In this document: one piece after another, positions 1-12,582 of the stretch
Layout of the letters: the number at the start of each line of letters is the position of its first letter
Position numbering within the stretch: the first letter of the stretch is position 1
From: Candidatus Gottesmanbacteria bacterium
GTDB taxonomy: Bacteria > Patescibacteriota > Microgenomatia > UBA10105 > UBA927
Assembly (NCBI GenBank): GCA_903821745.1
Contig: CAIJMI010000004.1
Coordinates: forward strand, 4,589 to 68,588
Direction: 5' to 3'
Length of the DNA stretch: 64,000 nt
Position numbers and translations under genes: made by a program
The notes under the pieces: generated by a model
Seen by the model: the letters and a program-made list of their open reading frames with translations, nothing else
What the model was told of the DNA's origin: nothing
Databases searched by the model: none

Positions 1-2
1 GC

Positions 3-3878
<3,876 letters not shown>

Positions 3879-3892
3879 CAGCGCTTCAAAAC

Positions 3893-5479
3893 TTATCCTT
3901 GATTGAGGCTATCCAAAAATTCCGCATTGGAATTGGTTTTGTTCAATCGTTCAATCATCATGGCTGTCTGCTCATCATCGCTAAGCAAAGAAATCATACG
4001 TCGAAGCGTTGTTACCCGCTTCATAGTTTCTTCTCCGAGCATAAGCTCATCATGACGCGTGCCGGATGCAGCAATATCAATTGCCGGGAACACTCTTCGT
4101 TCCTGGAGTTTTCGCGACAAATGCAGCTCCATGTTTCCTGTGCCTTTAAATTCTTCATAAATGAGGTCGTCCATTCTGCTTCCGGTATCAACGAGTGCAG
4201 TTCCAATAACGGTGAGTGATCCTTTTGTGGATTTACCGGATCCTTCATCCCCTTCAATACAGCGTGCTGCTCCTAAAAATTTCTTTGCAGGAAAGAGTGC
4301 TGCTGGATCAAATCCTCCAGATAGTGTCCGTCCTGATGGGTTAACGACCAAATTGTATGCACGGGCAAGACGCGTAATGGAATCAAGAAGTACGACCACG
4401 TCTTTCCCCATTTCCACCAAGCGTTTTGCGCGGTCCAGTGCAATTTCAGCAACTCTGGTTTGTGCTTGTGGTGATTCATCAAAATTGCTGGCCAAAACCT
4501 CACCTTTAATGCTTCTTGTCAAATCCGTTACTTCTTCCGGCCGTTCACCGATAAGTGCCGCCATCAAATGCACGTTTGGATAGTTTGCAGTCACGCCAGC
4601 TGCAATTTCCTTCAGGATTGTTGTTTTCCCAGCTTTCGGTGGAGAAACGATTAACCCTCGTTGTCCAAATCCAATGGGAGACAACAGATCCATCATGCGG
4701 GTGGATAATGGAAATTGTCCGGTTTCTAGTTTTAAAAATGTGTTGGGATAGATTGGGGTGAGATCATCAAACCGTGGACGGTTCACCATTTCTTCGGCAA
4801 CAACACCGTTAATTTTTTCAACCTTGAGAAGTCCCCAATACCGTTCATTTTCTTTTGGCTGTCGTGCTTGTCCTTCCACCTCATCCCCGTTTCGAAGTAA
4901 AAATCTCCGAATTTGGGACTGGGAAATATACACATCTTTGTCAGACGGGGTAAACTTCGGCCGCAAAAATCCGTGGCCTTCTGCGGTAAGGTCCAAAATG
5001 CCTTTAACAGTCTCTGTTGGAACATTAATGTCAGCAGTAAATCCTGCGCCATCCGGAGCAGGGACAAAATCCCGCTGCATCCGGCGAAATCCTCCCGCTT
5101 GGTATCCACCTTGTTGAGGATATCCTTGTTGCCCATATCCTTGTCCATATTCTCGACGCGGTCCACGTTCAAACCGTCCACCACCACGATTAAATGGCTG
5201 TCGATACCCTCCTTGTGGGGTAGATCGATATTGTGGTTGTGCGGGAGCACCTGGAGCCACTATAGGTGGTTCCGCAGAAACAATACTTTCAATTTTTTTC
5301 ATATCTTCGACAGGTGGTACCGAAGAAACAGGTGCTTCTTCTCGTGGTCCACCAATGAGATCATCAATCGAAAGGCCTTGTTTTGGAACGGCAACATCAG
5401 AAGCTGTGGTTATCACTGGTTCTTCTTTTTGTTTCTTTGCTGCTGGAGCAGATTTTTTTGTGGAGGCTTTAAAGGCCAT
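3893..5479 (-). CDS. rho: Transcription termination factor Rho with N-terminal low-complexity extension
   Basis: RNA-binding motifs GHGFLR and DVYISQSQIRRF; P-loop GQRGLIVSPPKAGKT; DSITRLARAYN; EEFKGTGNMEL. Confidence 0.97.
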   Translation of the reverse strand: MAFKASTKKSAPAAKKQKEEPVITTASDVAVPKQGLSIDDLIGGPREEAPVSSVPPVEDMKKIESIVSAEPPIVAPGAPAQPQYRSTPQGGYRQPFNRGGGRFERGPRREYGQGYGQQGYPQQGGYQAGGFRRMQRDFVPAPDGAGFTADINVPTETVKGILDLTAEGHGFLRPKFTPSDKDVYISQSQIRRFLLRNGDEVEGQARQPKENERYWGLLKVEKINGVVAEEMVNRPRFDDLTPIYPNTFLKLETGQFPLSTRMMDLLSPIGFGQRGLIVSPPKAGKTTILKEIAAGVTANYPNVHLMAALIGERPEEVTDLTRSIKGEVLASNFDESPQAQTRVAEIALDRAKRLVEMGKDVVVLLDSITRLARAYNLVVNPSGRTLSGGFDPAALFPAKKFLGAARCIEGDEGSGKSTKGSLTVIGTALVDTGSRMDDLIYEEFKGTGNMELHLSRKLQERRVFPAIDIAASGTRHDELMLGEETMKRVTTLRRMISLLSDDEQTAMMIERLNKTNSNAEFLDSLNQG

Positions 5480-5711
5480 AAGTAATTATGTGTGTTGGGA
5501 AAGAAAAAAGGTGAAAACGAGAAGATAATCTTGCGTTTTGCTTTTTCTTCCCTCACAGGGAATAAAAAATTAATACATAATGGAATGAGATCGCTTTTGT
5601 TTGGAAATTCATGAAAAATATATACGCACTTCCTGAAGATAACGCTTATCACTTACGTACAGCTTATATTTAATCATACGGGATGCACAGCTGTCAAGGG
5701 CATTCTTGTCT

Positions 5712-7895
5712 TTATCGCTTCCCAACGTCCCAAACAATGGTTGTTCCCGTGGTAAATACGCGTGTTCCCACTGCGTCAAACACAGATTCCTGAATCGTCG
5801 GATATTTTTCCCGTTCCTGAGGACCAACAATAATATAGGTAATACCGTACTGGGCAATCAGATTCTCAAGTTCTTTCGTATCCTGAGCCTCATACAAACG
5901 GCGGACATCATCGCGCCTGGGTGAAACGGTGTCATACGTCCCCCGCCACAACCATTCATGTACTGCCCATCCAGTAATGGTTGGGATGCCAGAAAATGCA
6001 GAAATCTGATTATTATCCGTGTAGCTTTCTCCATCTGCTTCAACAAGAACGGGATTGGGATACTCAGCAACATGCTCTTTTAACCAGGAAATAACCTGCA
6101 AATTGTCTGGATATTCTTCCTGCATCCACTCCATACCCCAAATTCCATGATACGTGGCGAGCTCTCCAAAATAAGACCGAATAGAAAAAATGGGATAAAT
6201 AGATACAAGAAAAAGCTGTGGGACAAGAAGAATAAGAAAAACAGTCCGCAGAATATGCTGTTTCTTTCTCCATATCATATGGGTAATGACGTACCCTGCA
6301 ATGATCGACCACATGATAAATGCCTGATAGCCAAACTTAAACATGGTGTTACTCCGGAAGTGCGCTGGATAAATATCTTTGACGTACAAAAATTCCGGAA
6401 AGATAATAAGACCAATGCTAAAAAGAAAGAACACTTTTAGTATTCGAATGACCTCTTTGTCTTTTCCGTCTCCATTCCATACTTTTGAAACAAAAAGCCA
6501 TGCGCCAGTAAACCAGAAAAATCCCCACAACAACCACATCATCCATAACGGTGACTTTTGACACTTCTCTACTCCTTCAAAAAGAAATGGACCAATTTTT
6601 GATCCTACCAAAAATGCCGGCGGACAATTCACACCGATCCCGGTTGCAAACGAAGAAAAGAAAAACAGAAACGGCGTTGCGGTCAAAATTGCAAGGAGCA
6701 CAACGAGCCCGACTGGATAACAATACGTCCACCAATGATCCAAAAAATCTTTTTTCGGAAGAATGACAAAGACTACCCAACAGAGTGCAAAAATACCGCC
6801 GTAGATCGGCCCATCAAGTGCATTGGTCATCAAAAGAATACCTAACAGAAAACCATAAAATATCATCTTGTCCATGCGTTGTTGTATTATCTCCGATAAT
6901 TTCTGCTGCAAAAAAATGGAAAGCAACAATCCAATTGCCAATAGGACAAAAGGAAGTGAAAGGACGTGACCATGAACATCCGATACCACAAAGGAATAGC
7001 TCGGAAATTCATGAATGGAAAACGGAATAAACCGAGTAGCATTTGCGTACCAATAGGTCCGCATACCGATGCCTATCTGTTGAAAAAATGTCCCTATTGG
7101 CCACAACAAGCGCCAAAACGGCAACACATCTTCGCCGGTATATCCTTTTGTGAATGCATAAATCGTCTGCATATTTCCTGCCAGAGTTACCAAGAATGCG
7201 GTAAGCATCGCTCCAAACAGGTTTCCCAGAGGTCTTCTATTTTTCTGTCCAATCCCTAGTAATTGAAACCCAATGCTAAACGACATCGTTGCGGTGAATG
7301 TAAAAATCGTTGCTAACATCAGGTTAAAGGTGTAATCGAGGGTTAATCCGGAAAGTTTCGTTACCAGCGCAGTCACAAGATGTCCAAAATAATAATAGTT
7401 AATGGATCCCCCAGCCCACCACATATCACGCGCGGGAAAATATTGGGTGTTTAAAATAGATTGCATGAACCCATAATCCATAAATTTTTCCAAACCCCGG
7501 ATCGATGGTTCATGCGCTTTGACAAAACTCCACAACAAAAGCAGGAGAGAGAAAATCAACTCTTCCAGACTAAATAGCAGGATATATTTTTCATAGGACG
7601 CTTTGAGTTTTTGAATACGTACTTTTACAGAATCCTTTTGGGTAATACCAATACCAAATAAAAACACGATTGCTGTTGCCCCATAAATGGTTAGTTGATG
7701 AAATGGAGCGATATGCAAAGTACCTACTAGATAAACAAGATAAGAAATAACAGCAAATCCAACAGCCTTGCTAAATAGATACCCACGGTCATACCACTGG
7801 GGAAACAGGCGTTTGGTTAATGGAAACGCGGCGGCACCAATAAGAAATAAAGAACTCCACCATTGCAAGACAATAAATACATCACTCATTGGCAT
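5712..7895 (-). CDS. DUF2298 (YYY) polytopic membrane protein, GT-C-fold glycosyltransferase-like
   Basis: EKFMD, INYYYFGH, HEFPSYSF, DVHGH and GWAVHEWLWR motifs with many TM segments. Confidence 0.8.
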   Translation of the reverse strand: MPMSDVFIVLQWWSSLFLIGAAAFPLTKRLFPQWYDRGYLFSKAVGFAVISYLVYLVGTLHIAPFHQLTIYGATAIVFLFGIGITQKDSVKVRIQKLKASYEKYILLFSLEELIFSLLLLLWSFVKAHEPSIRGLEKFMDYGFMQSILNTQYFPARDMWWAGGSINYYYFGHLVTALVTKLSGLTLDYTFNLMLATIFTFTATMSFSIGFQLLGIGQKNRRPLGNLFGAMLTAFLVTLAGNMQTIYAFTKGYTGEDVLPFWRLLWPIGTFFQQIGIGMRTYWYANATRFIPFSIHEFPSYSFVVSDVHGHVLSLPFVLLAIGLLLSIFLQQKLSEIIQQRMDKMIFYGFLLGILLMTNALDGPIYGGIFALCWVVFVILPKKDFLDHWWTYCYPVGLVVLLAILTATPFLFFFSSFATGIGVNCPPAFLVGSKIGPFLFEGVEKCQKSPLWMMWLLWGFFWFTGAWLFVSKVWNGDGKDKEVIRILKVFFLFSIGLIIFPEFLYVKDIYPAHFRSNTMFKFGYQAFIMWSIIAGYVITHMIWRKKQHILRTVFLILLVPQLFLVSIYPIFSIRSYFGELATYHGIWGMEWMQEEYPDNLQVISWLKEHVAEYPNPVLVEADGESYTDNNQISAFSGIPTITGWAVHEWLWRGTYDTVSPRRDDVRRLYEAQDTKELENLIAQYGITYIIVGPQEREKYPTIQESVFDAVGTRVFTTGTTIVWDVGKR

Positions 7896-7918
7896 GGTAC
7901 CAATGATACAATCAAATT

Positions 7919-9553
7919 ATGAAAAAAGAAACCGTCTTTTGGATCCTTCTTTGCTTCTTTTCGTTTCTCTTTTCCGTGTGGCTCATGGTGCATACCTTTT
8001 CATATAACACCACCACAGGATCCATGCTTATTGCCAGTAAAGCATGGAGTGATTTTGGTGCGCATATTCCGCTGATACGGTCATTTTCTCTTGGCAACAA
8101 TTGGCCCCCGGAATATCCATTGTTTCCGGGTGCTCCAATCCGCTATCACTTTTTATTTTATTTTCTTGTCGGCATGCTTGAAAAAGCAGGAATCCGCATT
8201 GATTGGGCACTGAATATTCCCAGTATCATCGGTTTTGCTGGGCTTTGTATTGGTATTGCACTGATCGCACAAAAACTATTTCGTGACAAGCGGATTACCG
8301 TGCTTTCTATCCTCTTTTTCCTTTTTAATGGTTCATTTTCTTGGATGCGATTCTTTGCTGCACACACGCCTTCTTGGCATTCCCTACGCGATATCGTAAA
8401 AAACACGACTTTCCCCTCCTTCGCACCTTGGGGGGAAGGAGATATTAGTGCATTTTGGAATTTAAATATTTATACCAATCAGCGGCATTTAGGTGCAGCA
8501 TTTGCTTTTGCACTCCTGTTTATCGGTATCCTACTTTGGATTGAAAAAAAACCGTGGAAACAACAAGTTCTGTATATTTTTCCTGAAGCTGCAATTCTTA
8601 TTCTTCTTCCCTACTTTCATCAACCAATCCTAATCATCCTTGCATTATTTATGATCTGTTATTTTCTGCTATTTCCAAAACTTCGAGGACCATTACTACT
8701 CATTGGTGGCATTGACATTCTCTATATTATTCCACAAATTCTTCCGCTTATGGCCGGTCCAAAAACGGTTCATTGGGAACCGGGATATCTTCTCTCCCCA
8801 CCGTTTACGCCACTACGCGTCATGTGGTATTGGATACAAAACATCGGTCTGCACTTTTTTCTTATTCCGGTAGGATGGCTTCTTGCACCAAAACACGTAA
8901 AAAAAATAATGAGTCCTCTCCTCTTGTTATTTTTGATTCCTAATCTGTTTCAATTTTCCATTGAAATGGCGGCAAATCATAAATTTTTTAACTTCTATCT
9001 CATCATCGGCAACATGCTTTCTGCATACACACTCATATTGCTCTGGACACAGAAGTGGAAAGAAAAATTGCTTGGATGTATGACAAAAATTCTCGTTCTC
9101 GTTTGTGGTGTTTTTCTGGTTCTTTCAGGAATTATTGATTTCTTCCCTATCGCAAATGATCCGTATATGGAACTCGTTGATATACCAAACAATGAAGTTG
9201 CGACCTGGATACGAGATCACACACCACCTGATGCAGTCATCCTGAACTCCAGTTACTTCTTCCATCCAGCAAGTATCGCCGGAAGAAAAATACTCCTCGG
9301 GTGGCCATATTTCCCATGGAGTGCAGGATATAACACAAATACCCGCTCTAAAGATATGGCAACGTTATATGAAACAAAAGAGACATCACTCTTTTGCAGG
9401 CTCATACAAAAATACCATATTTCTTATATAACCTATCAAACACCTGCTGACATCTCAGATATTCAATTTTCAATGGAAAATCTTGCATCCCATACAACAC
9501 GTATCTACAACGATATGGCATATAGCATTTGGATACCATTATGCGAACAATGA
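7919..9553 (+). CDS. Polytopic membrane protein, probable GT-C glycosyltransferase
   Basis: WSDFGAH...YPLFPGAPIRYHFLF loop, many TM helices, and a C-terminal WIRDHTPPDAVIL soluble domain; divergent from the DUF2298 gene. Confidence 0.6.
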   Translation: MKKETVFWILLCFFSFLFSVWLMVHTFSYNTTTGSMLIASKAWSDFGAHIPLIRSFSLGNNWPPEYPLFPGAPIRYHFLFYFLVGMLEKAGIRIDWALNIPSIIGFAGLCIGIALIAQKLFRDKRITVLSILFFLFNGSFSWMRFFAAHTPSWHSLRDIVKNTTFPSFAPWGEGDISAFWNLNIYTNQRHLGAAFAFALLFIGILLWIEKKPWKQQVLYIFPEAAILILLPYFHQPILIILALFMICYFLLFPKLRGPLLLIGGIDILYIIPQILPLMAGPKTVHWEPGYLLSPPFTPLRVMWYWIQNIGLHFFLIPVGWLLAPKHVKKIMSPLLLLFLIPNLFQFSIEMAANHKFFNFYLIIGNMLSAYTLILLWTQKWKEKLLGCMTKILVLVCGVFLVLSGIIDFFPIANDPYMELVDIPNNEVATWIRDHTPPDAVILNSSYFFHPASIAGRKILLGWPYFPWSAGYNTNTRSKDMATLYETKETSLFCRLIQKYHISYITYQTPADISDIQFSMENLASHTTRIYNDMAYSIWIPLCEQ

Positions 9554-9628
9554 AACGATACTTTCCGCATATTCTACTTTTCTACTTTGTTACAACCAGA
9601 ATAGAATAAATTTGATATACTCACCCAT

Positions 9629-10876
9629 ATGCGTATCGCAATTATCGGCGGAGGCATCACAGGACTTACTGCAGCGTATGAACTCACTAAACGAGGTGAG
9701 AAGGTCACCATATTTGAGAAGGATGAAATCCTTGGAGGACTGGCAAACGGATTTTCTGGCGCATCCTGGGACTGGAGACTGGAAAAAACCTATCATCATT
9801 TTTTTACCAATGACAATGCACTTATCACACTTGCAAAAGAATTAGGATTAAAACAGGATCTCATGATTCTCTCCCCGACTACTTCGATCTATTGGAAAAA
9901 CAATCAATATCCGTTTGATACCCCAATTAATATTTTAAAATTTCCAGGACTGCCGTTTGTTGACCGTGTCAGAACTGGAGCAACGGCGGCCATTATGAAA
10001 CTCAATCCGTTTTGGCAGCCGCTCGAACACATAACAGCAAAAAAATTCTTCCAGGCGCTCAATGGAAAACATGCATGGAATGTCATTTGGGCACCGCTTT
10101 TAGATGCAAAATTTGGTCCCTATGCAGATGAGGTTACCGCATCTTGGCTCTGGGCACGACTGTACAAACGCACATCCCGTCTTGGGTATTTCCGCGGTGG
10201 ATTTTCCCATTTTGTCGACACACTGGCTGCGGCAATTAGAAAAAATGGCGGAGTGATCAAAACAAAAACGACCATTACAGCAATAGACCGAAAAAAATAC
10301 GATGCGATTCTGCTCACGGTTCCGTCATCTGTTGCAACAAAGCTCATATCATTTCCAAATGCATATGAAGAGCAACTACGCTCTATCCCCCATTTATGGG
10401 CACAAACGCTCATTTTGGAAACCACAAAACCAATTCTTGAAAAAACCTATTGGCTCAACGTCAACGACAAATCATTTCCGTTCTTAGCAGTCGTTAGCCA
10501 CACCAATATGATTAACAAAAAACACTATGGAGACCGTCACATCACGTATATTGGCAACTATTTACCGGACTGTCATGCAAATATTTCAAAATCAAAAGAA
10601 GAACTGCTAGCACTCTTTCTGCCGTATATAAAAACAATTGCACCAACATTCGATGCAAAAGATATTTCCACTCTGTTTTTATTTACCGTTCCCAATGCGC
10701 AGCCCGTTCATACAAAGAATTATTCAAAACGGGCGCCACAAATCCAAACGCCAATTAAAAATGTATACATCGCAAATTTAGATGCTATTTATCCCTGGGA
10801 CCGCGGAACAAATTATGCGGTTGATTTAGGAATGCGTGCAGCAAAAACAATTCATGCAAAAACGAAATCGTTATAG
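9629..10876 (+). CDS. FAD-dependent oxidoreductase (amine oxidase/protoporphyrinogen oxidase-like)
   Basis: N-terminal IIGGGITGLTAAYEL..E..GG FAD-binding motif; YHHFF; YPWDRGTN. Confidence 0.85.
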   Translation: MRIAIIGGGITGLTAAYELTKRGEKVTIFEKDEILGGLANGFSGASWDWRLEKTYHHFFTNDNALITLAKELGLKQDLMILSPTTSIYWKNNQYPFDTPINILKFPGLPFVDRVRTGATAAIMKLNPFWQPLEHITAKKFFQALNGKHAWNVIWAPLLDAKFGPYADEVTASWLWARLYKRTSRLGYFRGGFSHFVDTLAAAIRKNGGVIKTKTTITAIDRKKYDAILLTVPSSVATKLISFPNAYEEQLRSIPHLWAQTLILETTKPILEKTYWLNVNDKSFPFLAVVSHTNMINKKHYGDRHITYIGNYLPDCHANISKSKEELLALFLPYIKTIAPTFDAKDISTLFLFTVPNAQPVHTKNYSKRAPQIQTPIKNVYIANLDAIYPWDRGTNYAVDLGMRAAKTIHAKTKSL

Positions 10877-10888
10877 GGCATCTTCTAA

Positions 10889-10917
10889 TTGACAACTCGT
10901 TGTTACCGCGCTACAAT
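10889..10917 (+). promoter_or_regulatory. Sigma70-type promoter (unit 1)
   Basis: TTGACA-N17-TACAAT, with no ORF downstream on the + strand. Confidence 0.75.
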
Positions 10918-10923
10918 CTGCAA

Positions 10924-11040
10924 ACTATAAGATTTTTCTCAAAAAAATCTTTTTTTACAAAAAAAGTCGAGGTGCTTTATACGGGGAATAGTTTGTTGGG
11001 CAGGCAAACTATTTCCCATAGAGGGTATCTCGATTTTTTT
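10924..11040 (+). ncRNA. Putative small structured RNA 1
   Basis: Follows the promoter. A short hairpin AAGATTTTT/AAAAATCTT precedes an ~80-nt hairpin (10959-11040) that needs many G-U pairs on the + strand and ends in a U-tract. Confidence 0.5.
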
Positions 11041-11113
11041 ATTGCGTGAAATTCATCATGAAAATTTAGCAGCACAACAATCCGCGTGAAATAATCTAGC
11101 TTCAAAAAAAAAT

Positions 11114-11143
11114 TTGACAAGAATTAGGATGATTCGTTATTCT
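11114..11143 (+). promoter_or_regulatory. Sigma70-type promoter (unit 2)
   Basis: A-tract, then TTGACA-N18-TATTCT, followed by the same CTGC..TATAAGAT element seen in unit 1. Confidence 0.6.
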
Positions 11144-11147
11144 GCGG

Positions 11148-11262
11148 TATAAGATATTGCTTTACCGCAATATCCAAAAGAAAAAGCATTACTATTCGTA
11201 GCACAATCATCTTGCAAAAGGTGACCCAAACCCAAATCTGCTAGCGGTAGTGATGCTTTTTT
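11148..11262 (+). ncRNA. Putative small structured RNA 2 (candidate antisense RNA)
   Basis: Short hairpin GATATTGC/GCAATATC, then a long stem AAAAAGCATTACTAT/GTAGTGATGCTTTTT enclosing an inner hairpin and a single-stranded CCCAAACCCAAATC segment. Confidence 0.5.
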
Positions 11263-11315
11263 AATGCTTTCTTTTTCCATTCTCCTCCTCTTCTCTGAAG
11301 AATTCCTGAAAAACA

Positions 11316-11344
11316 AAAAGACATCCCTTTCAGGATGTCTTTTC
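11316..11344. terminator. Intrinsic terminator, probably bidirectional
   Basis: AAAAAGACATCC-CTTTCA-GGATGTCTTTT, just downstream of the small minus-strand ORF. Confidence 0.8.
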
Positions 11345-11371
11345 CCCCAAATCTGCTAGTAATACTTGTTA

Positions 11372-11515
11372 TTATAACGTAAAAACAGGAATACTGAGTC
11401 CTTTTTTCTTGAGCTCCATAAATTGTCGCCGCACTTCCTGTTCGAATGACTGGCGCTCTTTTACCATAGGAGACACTCGAGCTTTCGAAGCTTCTCCGCT
11501 ACTTCCCAAACCCAT
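11372..11515 (-). CDS. Small basic protein, 47 aa (MGLGSSG...LSIPVFTL); start could alternatively be 11542 or 11554
   Basis: Has a TTGACA upstream (11572-11577, minus strand) and its own terminator; amphipathic helix FEQEVRRQFMELKKKG. Confidence 0.6.
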   Translation of the reverse strand: MGLGSSGEASKARVSPMVKERQSFEQEVRRQFMELKKKGLSIPVFTL

Positions 11516-11693
11516 CTGCTTAAGCAGTAGTTTTACTGACATAATCTTATTCAAAACCTTTTTTCATCCCTTGTCAAGTCCCATAGGAAAATATCTTGCA
11601 AAAAACCATAGTCTTATAGTTATTTTAACTATAAAAAGCACGTTGTTACGCGCTATACTATTTTCATACATTCTTTGTGGATAACTTGTGCGA

Positions 11694-12473
11694 TTACTTC
11701 AATCGCGCGAAGAACAACTGTCCTGCCGGAGTTTGGTGGACTTTGGTAATAACAACGACCACATCCTGCCCTACCCTATCTTTTGTATCTTCAACCACAA
11801 CCATGGTTCCATCAGGCAAATACCCAACCCCTTGTTGCCGTTCTTTTCCTTCATGGGTGATTTTAACCGTTACCTCTTCTCCACTCATCAACGCAACTTT
11901 CAAGGCCTGTGCCAAATCGTTCACATTTAAAATTTTTATCCCCTGTGCCCGGGCAACTTGCGCCAGATTAAAATCGACCGTTAATAGCCGAGTTTTCCAA
12001 GCCCGCGCAAAATAGACGAGTTTGAGATCCACTTCCTTAATAGTTGGCTGGTCATCAGAAACGATCTTTACCTTTACCCCGGGATTCACCCGTTGGGTTT
12101 TGAGGGCATTGACAACATCCAGTCCCCGCCTCCCTTTCGAACGTCTGATCATATCGACACTATCTGCAATATGTTGAATTTCACCAAGAACAAATTGCGG
12201 GATAATAAGCGTGGCTGCCAAAAATCCACTGTTAACAATTGGCAAAATCCGACCGTCAATAAGGACACTCGTATCAACCAAAATGGGATATTCTCCACCC
12301 GGCGCAACCGGTTTCTTCTTCATAACCCCCGGACGACGTTGAAACGGACGAGCAGTAAGTTTTCCAAATGCCGTCAGATTACGAACGATTTCCTGAGCAA
12401 GCTCTTTAGTAAATGCTGATGTTGCTGGAGGAAGCTTTGACTTCTTGGCTGGTGGAATAAGTTCTTTTTTCAT
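11694..12473 (-). CDS. PIN/TRAM domain protein (YacL-like)
   Basis: PIN motif DTSVLIDGRI...LLTVDFNL and TRAM motif GKERQQGVGYLPDGTMVVVE. The start was chosen downstream of a TGnTACAAT box. Confidence 0.9.
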   Translation of the reverse strand: MKKELIPPAKKSKLPPATSAFTKELAQEIVRNLTAFGKLTARPFQRRPGVMKKKPVAPGGEYPILVDTSVLIDGRILPIVNSGFLAATLIIPQFVLGEIQHIADSVDMIRRSKGRRGLDVVNALKTQRVNPGVKVKIVSDDQPTIKEVDLKLVYFARAWKTRLLTVDFNLAQVARAQGIKILNVNDLAQALKVALMSGEEVTVKITHEGKERQQGVGYLPDGTMVVVEDTKDRVGQDVVVVITKVHQTPAGQLFFARLK

Positions 12474-12582
12474 ACCACCCAACATTGTACCACAGAAAAA
12501 ATTAAAAACTGCTGAACAATAGATGTATACAAGATGTATTCATAGTTGCATTTAAAAAAATTTGTATTATACTTTCCTTTAC

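Noticed and set aside
10959-11262. SRP RNA, 6S RNA or a known riboswitch
   Set aside because: The SRP domain IV motif is absent, the units are too short and lack a central bubble for 6S, and there is no downstream gene on the same strand to regulate.
11676-11684. oriC suggested by a perfect DnaA box in an AT-rich intergenic region
   Set aside because: Only one box is present, dnaA is not nearby, and no change in strand bias is evident by eye.
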